The position numbers were made by a program, and so were the translations under genes. This document shows, one piece after another, positions 1 through 8,340 of a stretch of DNA of 39,651 nucleotides; within the stretch, counting starts at the first letter, position 1, and each line of letters begins with the position of its first letter. Source of the DNA: an uncultured Clostridia bacterium (GTDB taxonomy: Bacteria > Bacillota > Clostridia > TANB77 > CAG-508); NCBI GenBank assembly GCA_947589135.1, contig CANPZT010000001.1, forward strand, positions 1 to 39,651. The letters run 5' to 3'. A model generated the notes under the pieces. It was not told the origin of the DNA and ran no database searches. It worked only from the letters and a program-made list of their open reading frames with translations.

Positions 1-66
1 CATTAAATCTTTCAAACTCTCTATATGTCAAGCCTTGCGGTTTTGGAATAACTTTAAAACGATAAA

Positions 67-105
67 GAGTCAAAGTCTGGTGCCTTACCGCTTGGCTACA
101 GCCCA
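67..105 (-). pseudogene. tRNA-Gln(UUG)-like 5' half (acceptor strand, D arm, anticodon arm) that loses tRNA similarity after the anticodon loop
   Basis: Reverse complement reads TGGGCTGTAGCCAAGCGGTAAGGCACCAGACTTTGACTC, a canonical Firmicute tRNA-Gln 5' half with a CTTTGAC anticodon loop. The remaining 66 nt to the window edge contain no T arm and no matching 3' acceptor strand. Confidence 0.5.
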
Positions 106-126
106 ATATTAAATTATATTATTAAA

Positions 127-204
127 TGGGGTGGAAGATGGGACTCGAACCCACGATCTCCAGTGCCACAAACTGGCGCGTTAACCAGCTACGCCACATC
201 CACC
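127..204 (-). tRNA. tRNA-His (anticodon GTG) with encoded G-1 and CCA
   Basis: Hand-folded cloverleaf. G-1 plus GTGGATG acceptor strand, D stem GCGT/ACGC, anticodon stem CCAGT/ACTGG with loop TTGTGGC, T stem GTGGG/CCCAT with loop TTCGAGT, discriminator C, then CCA. One T-T mismatch in the acceptor stem. Confidence 0.93.
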
Positions 205-236
205 ATCATTAAATGTGAGTTTTAAACACATTTAAT

Positions 237-266
237 ATTATAACTAATTTCCACCCTATTTGTCAA
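237..266 (-). promoter_or_regulatory. sigma-A type promoter for the tRNA-His transcript
   Basis: Minus strand reads TTGACA (266-261), an 18-nt spacer, then TATAAT (242-237), about 30 nt upstream of the tRNA 5' end. Confidence 0.55.
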
Positions 267-284
267 CTATTTTTTCATATTTTT

Positions 285-1076
285 TTACTCTGCTGAAAGA
301 CTACTTGGATCTATTCCATATTGTTTATACATCCATGTTGTATAATCAAAAGGTGTTAATGTTTCTGGTAATCCATAATCTGTTCCATATGTTTCTACTC
401 TTATAGATGTAATTTTAGGAGGATTTACTGGTGTACTTACTTCTGTATTTCCACTTTCTTCTGAATTATCAGCTGCTTTTACCTCTACTGCTTCTATATT
501 GTGAACAATATCCATTCCTTCTATTACTTTACCAAATGAAGTATAGTTTCCGTTTAATGATGAATTTGCTTTTGTCATTATAAAGAATTGTGAACTTCCT
601 GAATTATATGATTCTTCTGCTAATGTTGAAGAATATTGTGTATAGTCATTTCTTGCCATTCCTATTACACCTTCTTCAAATTTTAATTTGTTATTTACTC
701 CATTTGATACAAATTCCCCTTTAATAGAATACTCTGTATCTTCTCCATCATCTTTTAAATCTTTTATACTAGCAGAACCTTGTCCTGTTCCTTCTTTATC
801 TCCACCTTGTATCATGAAATCTTTTACTATTCTATGGAATGTTAATCCATCATAAAATCCACGATTTGAAAGTGCAACAAAATTTGCAACTGTTTGAGGT
901 GCTAACTCTGGATATAATTCAATTTTTATTGTTCCAAAATTTTCTACCTCCATTGTCGCAACTGGATTTTTCACTTCCATTGTTGCTTTTTTATAATATC
1001 CATATCCTATCCATGCTATTAATACTATTACCAAAATTAAAGCAATTATCCAAATTATATTTTTTACATTTTTCAT
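285..1076 (-). CDS. ppiB: peptidyl-prolyl cis-trans isomerase, cyclophilin type, with an N-terminal membrane anchor
   Basis: 263-aa ORF. Cyclophilin signatures FHRIVKDFMIQGGD and SSQFFI. N-terminal hydrophobic helix IIWIIALILVIVLIAWIGYGYY. RBS GAAAGGAAAAG upstream. Confidence 0.9.
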   Translation of the reverse strand: MKNVKNIIWIIALILVIVLIAWIGYGYYKKATMEVKNPVATMEVENFGTIKIELYPELAPQTVANFVALSNRGFYDGLTFHRIVKDFMIQGGDKEGTGQGSASIKDLKDDGEDTEYSIKGEFVSNGVNNKLKFEEGVIGMARNDYTQYSSTLAEESYNSGSSQFFIMTKANSSLNGNYTSFGKVIEGMDIVHNIEAVEVKAADNSEESGNTEVSTPVNPPKITSIRVETYGTDYGLPETLTPFDYTTWMYKQYGIDPSSLSAE

Positions 1077-1107
1077 TTTTTCTTTTCCTTTCTTTTTTTA
1101 TTTTTCA

Positions 1108-1369
1108 ATGTCAAGAGAATCAAACCTTTTTGACATTATTTTACTACATTAATTACTTAAAATTATAAATAATAAATTTATGAAATTATGAATGTTTGTG
1201 AAATAATAATATAAATTCTTAAATTAACAAATGGGAGAATCTCAAACTTGCTTTGAGAGGGGCCTGTTTGTTAATTTTATAATTTGTTTATTATGTAACA
1301 TAACCGAATAATTCAAAAATTTATTATTTATAATTTACTTATGTCAAAAAGACTGATTTCTTTTGACAT
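1108..1369. repeat. long AT-rich palindromic intergenic element, copy A (terminal hairpin modules, 20-bp perfect arms, structured core)
   Basis: Terminal hairpins ATGTCAAGAG..TTTTTGACAT (1108-1136) and ATGTCAAAAAG..CTTTTGACAT (1341-1369) are inverted copies of each other. Perfect 20-bp inverted repeat at 1160-1179 / 1317-1336. Core hairpin at 1226-1272. Confidence 0.8.
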
Positions 1370-2448
1370 TAAATTAAATTATCAAAAATAAATTGTTCCT
1401 GCATTCTTCTTAGTGCTTGTTTTATAGCCTTTGCTCTTACTTCTCCTATTCCATCTACTTCATCTAGGTCTTCTATGTCTGCTGCTAGAATGTGTTGGAA
1501 TGATTTGAAAGAGTCTACTAAATTTTCTACAATGTTTGCTGGCATTCTTGGTATTTTGTTTAAAATACGATATCCTTTTGTATATACTGCAATTTCGTCG
1601 TAATCTTCAAATGTTTCATACCCCAATATTTTTGCTATTGTTGTTTCCTTTAATAATTCTTCATATTCTAATTCTTGTAAGTTTTCTATTACTTTTTCTG
1701 GGGTTCTTCTTTTTCTTCCTGGTACTATGTAATCTTTTATGATTAGTGTTTCTTCTTTTTCTAATCCTCCTATTAATTCTTCAAGTTGCATTTTTACTAA
1801 TCTTCCATCATTTCCTAATGCATCTGTTTGTCTTTGTATTTCTTCTACAATTCTCATAACCATTTCAGCTCTTTGAATTGCTACAATTACATTTTGCAGT
1901 GTTACGATATCATTAAATTCATATTCATTTAATATGTTTAATTTGTTATCAAATACTTTTTTATATCTTTCTAGTGTTTGTATTGCTTGATTTGCTTTAT
2001 TTAATAATGCTTCTGTTTCTTCTAATATGTATCTGTCATTTCCTTTAAACACTGTAATGATACTTCTTCTTTGCGAAATACTGATTACTAGCTCTCCTGT
2101 TTGTTTCGCAGTTCTTTCTGCTGTTCTGTGCCTTGTTCCTGTTTCTAATGTACTTATATCATGTGATGGTATTAATTGTGCATTTGCATATAAAATTTTC
2201 TTTAAATCTCCACTTAATACAATTGCTCCGTCCATTTTTGCTAGTTCATATAATTTTGCTGATGTATACTCTTCATTAATGGTAAATCCACCATCTACAA
2301 TTTGTTTTATTACATCATTGTTATCTGTAATTAATAGTAGTGCTCCTGTTCTTGCTCTTAAGATATTTTCTAGACCATCACGAATTGGAGTTCCCGGTGC
2401 AATTAATTTTAGGATTTCAGTTATATTGTCTTCTTTTCCTTTTCTCAA
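1369..2448 (-). CDS. disA: DNA integrity scanning protein DisA (diadenylate cyclase)
   Basis: 359 aa. DAC-domain motifs DGAIVLS and GTRHRTAERTAKQTG. C-terminal helix-hairpin-helix VDGIGEVRAKAI. Sits immediately downstream of radA, as is typical in Firmicutes. Confidence 0.93.
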   Translation of the reverse strand: MRKGKEDNITEILKLIAPGTPIRDGLENILRARTGALLLITDNNDVIKQIVDGGFTINEEYTSAKLYELAKMDGAIVLSGDLKKILYANAQLIPSHDISTLETGTRHRTAERTAKQTGELVISISQRRSIITVFKGNDRYILEETEALLNKANQAIQTLERYKKVFDNKLNILNEYEFNDIVTLQNVIVAIQRAEMVMRIVEEIQRQTDALGNDGRLVKMQLEELIGGLEKEETLIIKDYIVPGRKRRTPEKVIENLQELEYEELLKETTIAKILGYETFEDYDEIAVYTKGYRILNKIPRMPANIVENLVDSFKSFQHILAADIEDLDEVDGIGEVRAKAIKQALRRMQEQFIFDNLI

Positions 2449-2482
2449 AACAGTCTATCTCCCTTCCCTGAATGCAGTTTCA

Positions 2483-3847
2483 TTATTTTAAGCCTATTTT
2501 TTTGATTGCTTCATTTACATCTCTGACGCCTATTATATCTAATTTATAATTATCTTTCAAGTCTTTTTTGTTACTTTCTGGAATAATGCATGTTTTAAAT
2601 CCTAATTTTTCCGCTTCTTTTAGTCTTTTTTCTATCAAATTAATTCTTCTTACTTCTCCTGTTAATCCTACTTCACCCATAATTACCATATCTTTTGGAA
2701 TAGGTATATTTTTAAAACTTGACACTGTTACTATACAAATTCCTAAATCAATTGATGGTTCATTTACTTTCAGTCCTCCTACTACATTTAAGTATACATC
2801 TTGTGACCCTAACATAATTCCTGACTTTTTTTCTAATACAGCAATTAATAGCGATAATCTATTAAAATCAATTCCATTTGCTGTCCTTTTAGGGTATCCA
2901 AAAACTGTTTGTGCAGTTAATGCTTGTAATTCTACTAAAATTGGTCTTGTTCCTTCTATGCTTGAAACAATACATGAACCTGCTGGATTATCTTCTCTTT
3001 CTGATATAAGTACATCTGAAGGATTTGAAATTTCACACATTCCTTCTTCTCTCATTTCAAACATACCAATTTCATTTGTAGAACCAAATCTATTTTTTAC
3101 ACCTCTTAGAATTCTATACGAAAAATATCTTTCTCCTTCTAAATATAAAACAGTATCTACCATATGTTCTAAAACTCTTGGTCCTGCTATATTTCCCTCT
3201 TTAGTTACATGTCCTATAATTATTGTTGTAATTCCTCTTGATTTACATACTCTCATTACTTGTGATGTTATCTCTCTTACTTGACTTACACTGCCAGCAG
3301 CTGCCGTTATTTCATCAGAATACATTGTTTGTATAGAATCAATTATTACTAATTTTGGATTAATATCTATAATTGATTGATTTACAATGTCTATATCAGT
3401 TTCACCTAAAAATAAAATATCTTCATTATTAATTCCTAATCTATCTGCTCTTAATTTAATTTGCTCTGCTGACTCTTCACCAGAAACATATAAAACTTTT
3501 CCTTCACCTTTTACTTTATCACATATTTGTAAAATCAAAGTTGACTTTCCAATACCTGGCTCTCCTCCAAGTAAAATTAGTGAACCTTTAACTAATCCTC
3601 CACCTAATACTCTATCTAGTTCTAAAAAGCCAGTTGATGATTTTAAAGTCTCCTTTGCTTCATATGAATTTAATTTTTGTGGTATATTACTCTTTGTATC
3701 TTTAGCTTTTAAAGTACTATTTTTACTTTCTACCACTTTTTGTTCATAAAAAGTATTCCAACTATTACAAGCTGGACACTTACCAAGCCACTTAGTTGAT
3801 TCATTGCCACATTCACTACACACAAAAATTGTTTTACTCTTTGCCAT
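2483..3847 (-). CDS. radA: DNA repair protein RadA/Sms
   Basis: 454 aa. N-terminal zinc finger CSECGNESTKWLGKCPACNSWNT, Walker A GEPGIGKST, KNRFG motif and a Lon-like C-terminal domain. Confidence 0.95.
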   Translation of the reverse strand: MAKSKTIFVCSECGNESTKWLGKCPACNSWNTFYEQKVVESKNSTLKAKDTKSNIPQKLNSYEAKETLKSSTGFLELDRVLGGGLVKGSLILLGGEPGIGKSTLILQICDKVKGEGKVLYVSGEESAEQIKLRADRLGINNEDILFLGETDIDIVNQSIIDINPKLVIIDSIQTMYSDEITAAAGSVSQVREITSQVMRVCKSRGITTIIIGHVTKEGNIAGPRVLEHMVDTVLYLEGERYFSYRILRGVKNRFGSTNEIGMFEMREEGMCEISNPSDVLISEREDNPAGSCIVSSIEGTRPILVELQALTAQTVFGYPKRTANGIDFNRLSLLIAVLEKKSGIMLGSQDVYLNVVGGLKVNEPSIDLGICIVTVSSFKNIPIPKDMVIMGEVGLTGEVRRINLIEKRLKEAEKLGFKTCIIPESNKKDLKDNYKLDIIGVRDVNEAIKKIGLK

Positions 3848-4772
3848 TATTTATCACCTCTACAATATCTTCTGCTGTAATTTCAAAATATTTCATTAAT
3901 TCATTAGCTTTGCCAGATTTTCCAAAGGTGTCTTTGATTCCTAATCTAATTAATTTTGCCGGACACTTTTCAGTTAAAACTTCTGAAATAGCAGAACCTA
4001 GACCTCCTATTACATTGTGATCTTCTATTGAAATTAGTTTTTTAGTTTCTTTAGCTGATTTTATAATTATTTCTTCATCTATTGGTTTAATAGTGTGCAT
4101 ATCAATTACTCTGATGTTTATTCCTTGTTGTTCTAAAATTTCTTTTGATTTTAGTGCTTCTGCAACAGTCACTCCTGTTGCAAATACTGTTGCATCTGTT
4201 CCTTCTCCAATTTGAACTCCTTTTCCTATCTCAAATTTTGTATTTTCTTCATATATGATAGGAGTTTCCATTCTTGCTAATCTTACATACACCGGTCCTT
4301 GTATTTTTGCTATTTCTTTTATTATCCACTTTGTTTGTGTATCATCTGATGGAGAAATTACTGTCATATTTGGTAATGTTCTCATTAATGATAAATCTTC
4401 TAGCATTTGATGTGTTGCTCCATCTTCTCCAACAGTAACTCCACAATGAGTTGCACATATTTTTACATTCAAGTTTGGATAACAAATACTATTTCTAATT
4501 TGGTCATATGCTCTCCCTGCTGCAAATACAGCAAATGTACTAGCATATGGAATTTTTCCACACGTTGCGAATCCTGCAGCTGTTGCCATCATATTACTTT
4601 CTGCAATTCCCATATCAAAAAATCTATTAGGAAATTCTTTTGCAAATAAATCTGTTTTTGTTGCTCCTGCTAAGTCAGCATCTAACACTACTACATCTTT
4701 ATTTTGTTTTCCTAACTCTACTAAAGCTTCTCCATAGCTTTTTCTAGTAGCTACTTTTTTGTTTATATCCAT
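3834..4772 (-). CDS. transketolase, C-terminal (pyrimidine-binding) subunit
   Basis: 312 aa. The region FFDMGIAESNMMATAAGFA..HCGVTVGEDGATHQ is typical of split transketolase subunit B. Overlaps the radA start by 14 nt. Confidence 0.9.
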   Translation of the reverse strand: MDINKKVATRKSYGEALVELGKQNKDVVVLDADLAGATKTDLFAKEFPNRFFDMGIAESNMMATAAGFATCGKIPYASTFAVFAAGRAYDQIRNSICYPNLNVKICATHCGVTVGEDGATHQMLEDLSLMRTLPNMTVISPSDDTQTKWIIKEIAKIQGPVYVRLARMETPIIYEENTKFEIGKGVQIGEGTDATVFATGVTVAEALKSKEILEQQGINIRVIDMHTIKPIDEEIIIKSAKETKKLISIEDHNVIGGLGSAISEVLTEKCPAKLIRLGIKDTFGKSGKANELMKYFEITAEDIVEVINNGKE

Positions 4773-4835
4773 AAAAATTCATTCCTTTCTTGCTTTCTTA
4801 TCTTTTTATCATAAAAAACACACATAAAAATTTAA

Positions 4836-5462
4836 TTAATCTTCAATCAATTTATCTTTCATATTTTTTAAATTTTCCAACAATTTCAAAAAAGCTATTT
4901 CCCTATGCGTATGTCCTAATTCTTCATCTTTTAAATCATTCATTACTACTGTATAACCATTTGGTATGAATATTGGTCCAAAAGTTAATTTACCCATAGT
5001 TCCTGGTTTTGTAGCAATTTTTCCTTCAGTAATTCCTTTTTCTACTATATATTTTCCATTTGGTAATACCGCTGTTAAAACACATTCAAAATGGGCTGTT
5101 CTTTCTTTTTCTTCTACATCTTTCATTTCATCAAGTAATTGATTAATTGCAACTTCTTGTGGTGCATGGTCTCCTGCATATCTTGCTGTATGAACACCTG
5201 GCTTACCATTTAGTGCATCTACCATAAGTCCTGTGTCATCTGTTATTATTATTTCATTTATATTATTTTTTTCGCAATATTTTTTTATGGCTTTGGCCTT
5301 TATCATAGAATTTTCTTCTATTGTTTCTCCATTTTCTTCTATTTCTTCGTTAAAACCTATATCTTTTAGAGATAATATTTCTAAATTTACCGATTGTGTT
5401 TTAAAAAAGTTTTTTACTTGTTCTATTTTTTTTAAGTTTCCTGTTCCATATATTACTTTCAT
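4836..5462 (-). CDS. rdgB: RdgB/HAM1-family non-canonical purine NTP pyrophosphatase
   Basis: Motifs YGTGNLKKIE, TDDTGLMVDALNGKPGVHTARYAG and THREIAF. The ORF track starts at a TTG at 5498. The ATG at 5462 (MKVIYGTGN) fits the family N-terminus better. Confidence 0.85.
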   Translation of the reverse strand: MKVIYGTGNLKKIEQVKNFFKTQSVNLEILSLKDIGFNEEIEENGETIEENSMIKAKAIKKYCEKNNINEIIITDDTGLMVDALNGKPGVHTARYAGDHAPQEVAINQLLDEMKDVEEKERTAHFECVLTAVLPNGKYIVEKGITEGKIATKPGTMGKLTFGPIFIPNGYTVVMNDLKDEELGHTHREIAFLKLLENLKNMKDKLIED

Positions 5463-5502
5463 TTTTGCTTTTAATCCTTTCAAGTTACATTTTTTCAAAT
5501 AT

Positions 5503-6325
5503 TTAACCTATTAATTCTTTAATTGCCTGATTATATTGCTCTTCATTTGGAGCTTTTCCATGCCATCCTACTTGATTTTCCATAAATGATATTCCTTTTC
5601 CTTTTATAGTTTTTGCTATGATACAAGTTGGCTTTCCTTTTACATTTTTTGCTACTTCAAATGCTTTTATGATTTCTTCTATATCATGCCCATCTATGTT
5701 GATTATTTGAAATCCAAAACTTCTAAATTTTTCATCAATTGGATAAGAACTCATTACATCTTCTATTGTTCCATCTATCTGTAAATTATTATTATCAACA
5801 ATAACACAAAGATTATCTAGTTTGTATTTATTAGATGCCATCGCTGCTTCCCATATTTGTCCTTCTTCAATTTCTCCATCTCCTAGAACACAATATACTC
5901 TATAATCTTTTTTATCTAATTTACCGCTAATTGCTATTCCGATTTGCTACTGATAGTCCTTGTCCTAATGAACCTGATGTCATATCAACTCCTGGAACTT
6001 TGTTCATATCTGGGTGTCCTTGTAGGTTGCTTTTGATATTTCTAAATGTATTTAATTCGTTTGGGTCAAAATATCCTCTGTGTGCCAAACAACTATATAA
6101 TGCTGGTGAACAATGCCCTTTTGATAATACTAGCCTATCTCTGTCTTCCCATTTTGGATTTTTAGGATTAATATTCATTTCTTTAAAATATAATACTGTT
6201 AAAATATCAGCAATTGAAAGTGACCCTCCTGGATGTCCTGATTGTGCATTATATACTTGTTCTATAATTCCTTTTCTAATTTGTTTTGCTTTTTCTTTTA
6301 AGAAATTTATATCTTCACTTTCCAT
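5503..6325 (-). CDS. transketolase, N-terminal (TPP-binding) subunit. Frame is interrupted at in-frame CGG 5941-5939 and is contiguous only with a +1 shift.
   Basis: ORF fragments 5927..6325 (GHPGGSLS, SKGH, GSLGQGLSVAN then R-N-S-N-stop) and 5503..5841. The +1 frame is open from 5940 and reads GIAISGKLDKKDYRVYCVLGDGEIEEGQIWEAA (TPP motif). Confidence 0.85.
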
Positions 6326-6467
6326 TGTTTTGCTCCTTTCATATTTTTGTTTATTCTATTATTACTTTTATTTTGTCTATTTTGATATGTTTTTATTATA
6401 TCTTTGATATTTATATTTGTCTATATTCTCACATCAAATTTTATATAAACTTTATTATAATTTTTGT

Positions 6468-6656
6468 CATCAAGATGAAATTAAATAAATTGTAAAAATA
6501 TAGCGAATTGAAAGTAATTTGAATTAGAAATTCTCTATCAATTTTATGGAAAGAGTTCAAGCTTGTCTTGGAAGGGTGCCATAAAATTGATTTAGAATTT
6601 CTTTGAAAATTAGCTTGAACGAGCATTTTTACAATTTATTTAATTTCATCTTGATG
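6468..6656. repeat. palindromic structured intergenic element, copy B
   Basis: Perfect 32-bp inverted repeat at 6468-6499 / 6625-6656. It encloses an interior that is near-identical to the one at 20944-21061. The inner long stem is GAAATTCTCTATCAATTTTATGG / CCATAAAATTGATTTAGAATTTC. Confidence 0.85.
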
Positions 6657-6732
6657 TTAATGATTATTAATTATCAAATTTTATAATATTACATAAAAAT
6701 CCTTTTTAGTTTTTCAAAAGCAGAATATTTAA

Positions 6733-6761
6733 TTGTCTTTTATTATACAATATATTATAAT
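6733..6761 (+). promoter_or_regulatory. putative sigma-A promoter of pepV
   Basis: TTGTCT (6733-6738), a 17-nt spacer, TATAAT (6756-6761), then RBS AGAAAGGA and the ATG at 6783. Confidence 0.45.
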
Positions 6762-6782
6762 ACTTTAGAAAGGACTGGTTAT

Positions 6783-8189
6783 ATGTTTGAAAAATATATT
6801 GAAAATAAGAAAGAAGAAATCATAAAAGAAACACAAAAATTAATTCAAATTCCAAGTGTTATTTCAAAATCTAACAATTCTTCTAAGCCATTTGGCGAGA
6901 ATATAAACAAAGCTTTAGAATATGCACTTGATTTAGGAAAAAGATTAGGCTTTAGAACAAAAAACATAGATGGGTATTGTGGATATATAGAATTTGGTGA
7001 AGGAGAAAAATTAGTTGGTATTATTGGACATCTTGATGTTGTACCAGAAGGAGAAAATTGGACCTATCCTCCATTTAGTGCCACAATCGCAAACAATAAC
7101 ATCTATGGTAGGGGTGCAATTGACGACAAAGGACCTGTAATTAGTTCTTTATATGCTATGAAAACAGTAATGGAAAATTGTAAGGTAAATAAGCGAGTAC
7201 GACTTATTTTAGGATTAAATGAAGAAAATGATTGGAAATGCATTGAGTATTACAAACAACATGAAGAAATTCCTACTATTGGCTTTAGTCCAGATGCTGA
7301 TTTTCCATGCATTTATGCAGAAAAATCTATTTTAACATCTTATTTACAAATGAATTATTCTAATTTTTTAAACAAACCAATTATTATAAATAATATTGAT
7401 TGCAATAATAATGCCTTAAATGTTGTTCCTAAAATTTGTAGTTGTATTTTAGAAATTGATATAAATAAAATTTCAATGTCAGATTTTATTAGTAATATTA
7501 AAAAAATAAAAGATAAATATGATTATGAAATTGATATTTATAAAATTGATGATAAACATGTAAAATTAACTTCTTATGGAATTCAAGCACATAGTGCACA
7601 TCCTGATTTAGGTATAAATGCTATTTCTAGATTAATAGTTATTCTTGATGAAATTTTTAAATCTTATAAAATAGAAATTGAGTTGTTTGACTTTTTTACA
7701 AAATTCATCAATATCCAATATTATGGAGAAAATTTAGGAATTAATTTTGAAGATGAATCTGGAAAACTAACTTTAAATGTTGGAAACTTTTCTTTAGATA
7801 ATTCTGTTTTAAAAATAGGAATAAATTTAAGAATTCCAATTCATACTCCTATTGTTGATATCGGAAATAGTTTTTTAAAGGCTTTAGCACCTTACATTAA
7901 TGTAGATTTTGAAACGAAAAGTCATATGCCTTTTTTGTATATTTCTAAAGATAATTATTTAATAAAGACTTTATGCAAAATTTATAATGAAGAAACAAAT
8001 TCTAATTTAGAACCAATTGCAATTGGTGGTGCAACTTTTGCACGCGCTTTTCCAAATTGTGTTTCCTTTGGAGCAAATCTACCAGGTCACAAAGATATGT
8101 GCCATCAAACAGATGAGTTCATTTCTATTGATTCTTTACTATTGTCTTGTAAAATTTATGCACGAGCTATATATGAACTTAGTAAATAA
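6783..8189 (+). CDS. pepV: M20-family dipeptidase (PepV/Sapep-like)
   Basis: 468 aa. Metal-binding motifs GHLDVVP, RGAIDDKGP and LNEENDW. This is the only convincing plus-strand gene. Confidence 0.88.
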   Translation: MFEKYIENKKEEIIKETQKLIQIPSVISKSNNSSKPFGENINKALEYALDLGKRLGFRTKNIDGYCGYIEFGEGEKLVGIIGHLDVVPEGENWTYPPFSATIANNNIYGRGAIDDKGPVISSLYAMKTVMENCKVNKRVRLILGLNEENDWKCIEYYKQHEEIPTIGFSPDADFPCIYAEKSILTSYLQMNYSNFLNKPIIINNIDCNNNALNVVPKICSCILEIDINKISMSDFISNIKKIKDKYDYEIDIYKIDDKHVKLTSYGIQAHSAHPDLGINAISRLIVILDEIFKSYKIEIELFDFFTKFINIQYYGENLGINFEDESGKLTLNVGNFSLDNSVLKIGINLRIPIHTPIVDIGNSFLKALAPYINVDFETKSHMPFLYISKDNYLIKTLCKIYNEETNSNLEPIAIGGATFARAFPNCVSFGANLPGHKDMCHQTDEFISIDSLLLSCKIYARAIYELSK

Positions 8190-8232
8190 TACTAAACTTA
8201 TAATATTTTATTAATTAATAAATTTTTAATAT

Positions 8233-8293
8233 AAAAATACATCTCAAAATATCGAACTTTTTGCTTGATATTTAATATTTGAGATGTATTTTT
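8233..8293. terminator. bidirectional rho-independent terminator between convergent pepV and obg
   Basis: Stem of about 17 bp, AAAATACATCTCAAAATAT / ATATTTGAGATGTATTTT, flanked by an A-run upstream and a T-run downstream. Confidence 0.7.
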
Positions 8294-8340
8294 CTTATTA
8301 TAATTTTTTATTTTCTATTTTTATTAAATTTTTGAATAAG

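Noticed and set aside
208-236. Hairpin ATTAAATGTG..CACATTTAAT considered as a ppiB terminator.
   Set aside because: It lacks a following U-tract on the minus strand. It also lies downstream of a consensus promoter for tRNA-His, so it is more likely part of the tRNA precursor leader.
2027-3284. Plus-strand ORFs of 154 and 238 aa (2027..2491 and 2568..3284), and many similar ones (for example 3387..3749, 5931..6407, 13932..14324, 15485..15868, 36480..37055).
   Set aside because: They lie antisense to strongly supported minus-strand genes. Their translations are low-complexity L/F/S/I-rich strings with no motifs. They are shadow ORFs expected in AT-rich DNA.
6441-6626. 61-aa minus-strand ORF and the overlapping plus-strand ORF 6286..6495 in the tkt/pepV spacer.
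   Set aside because: Both run through the palindromic element (copy B). The palindrome generates mirror-image open frames on both strands, and neither has an RBS or coding-like composition.
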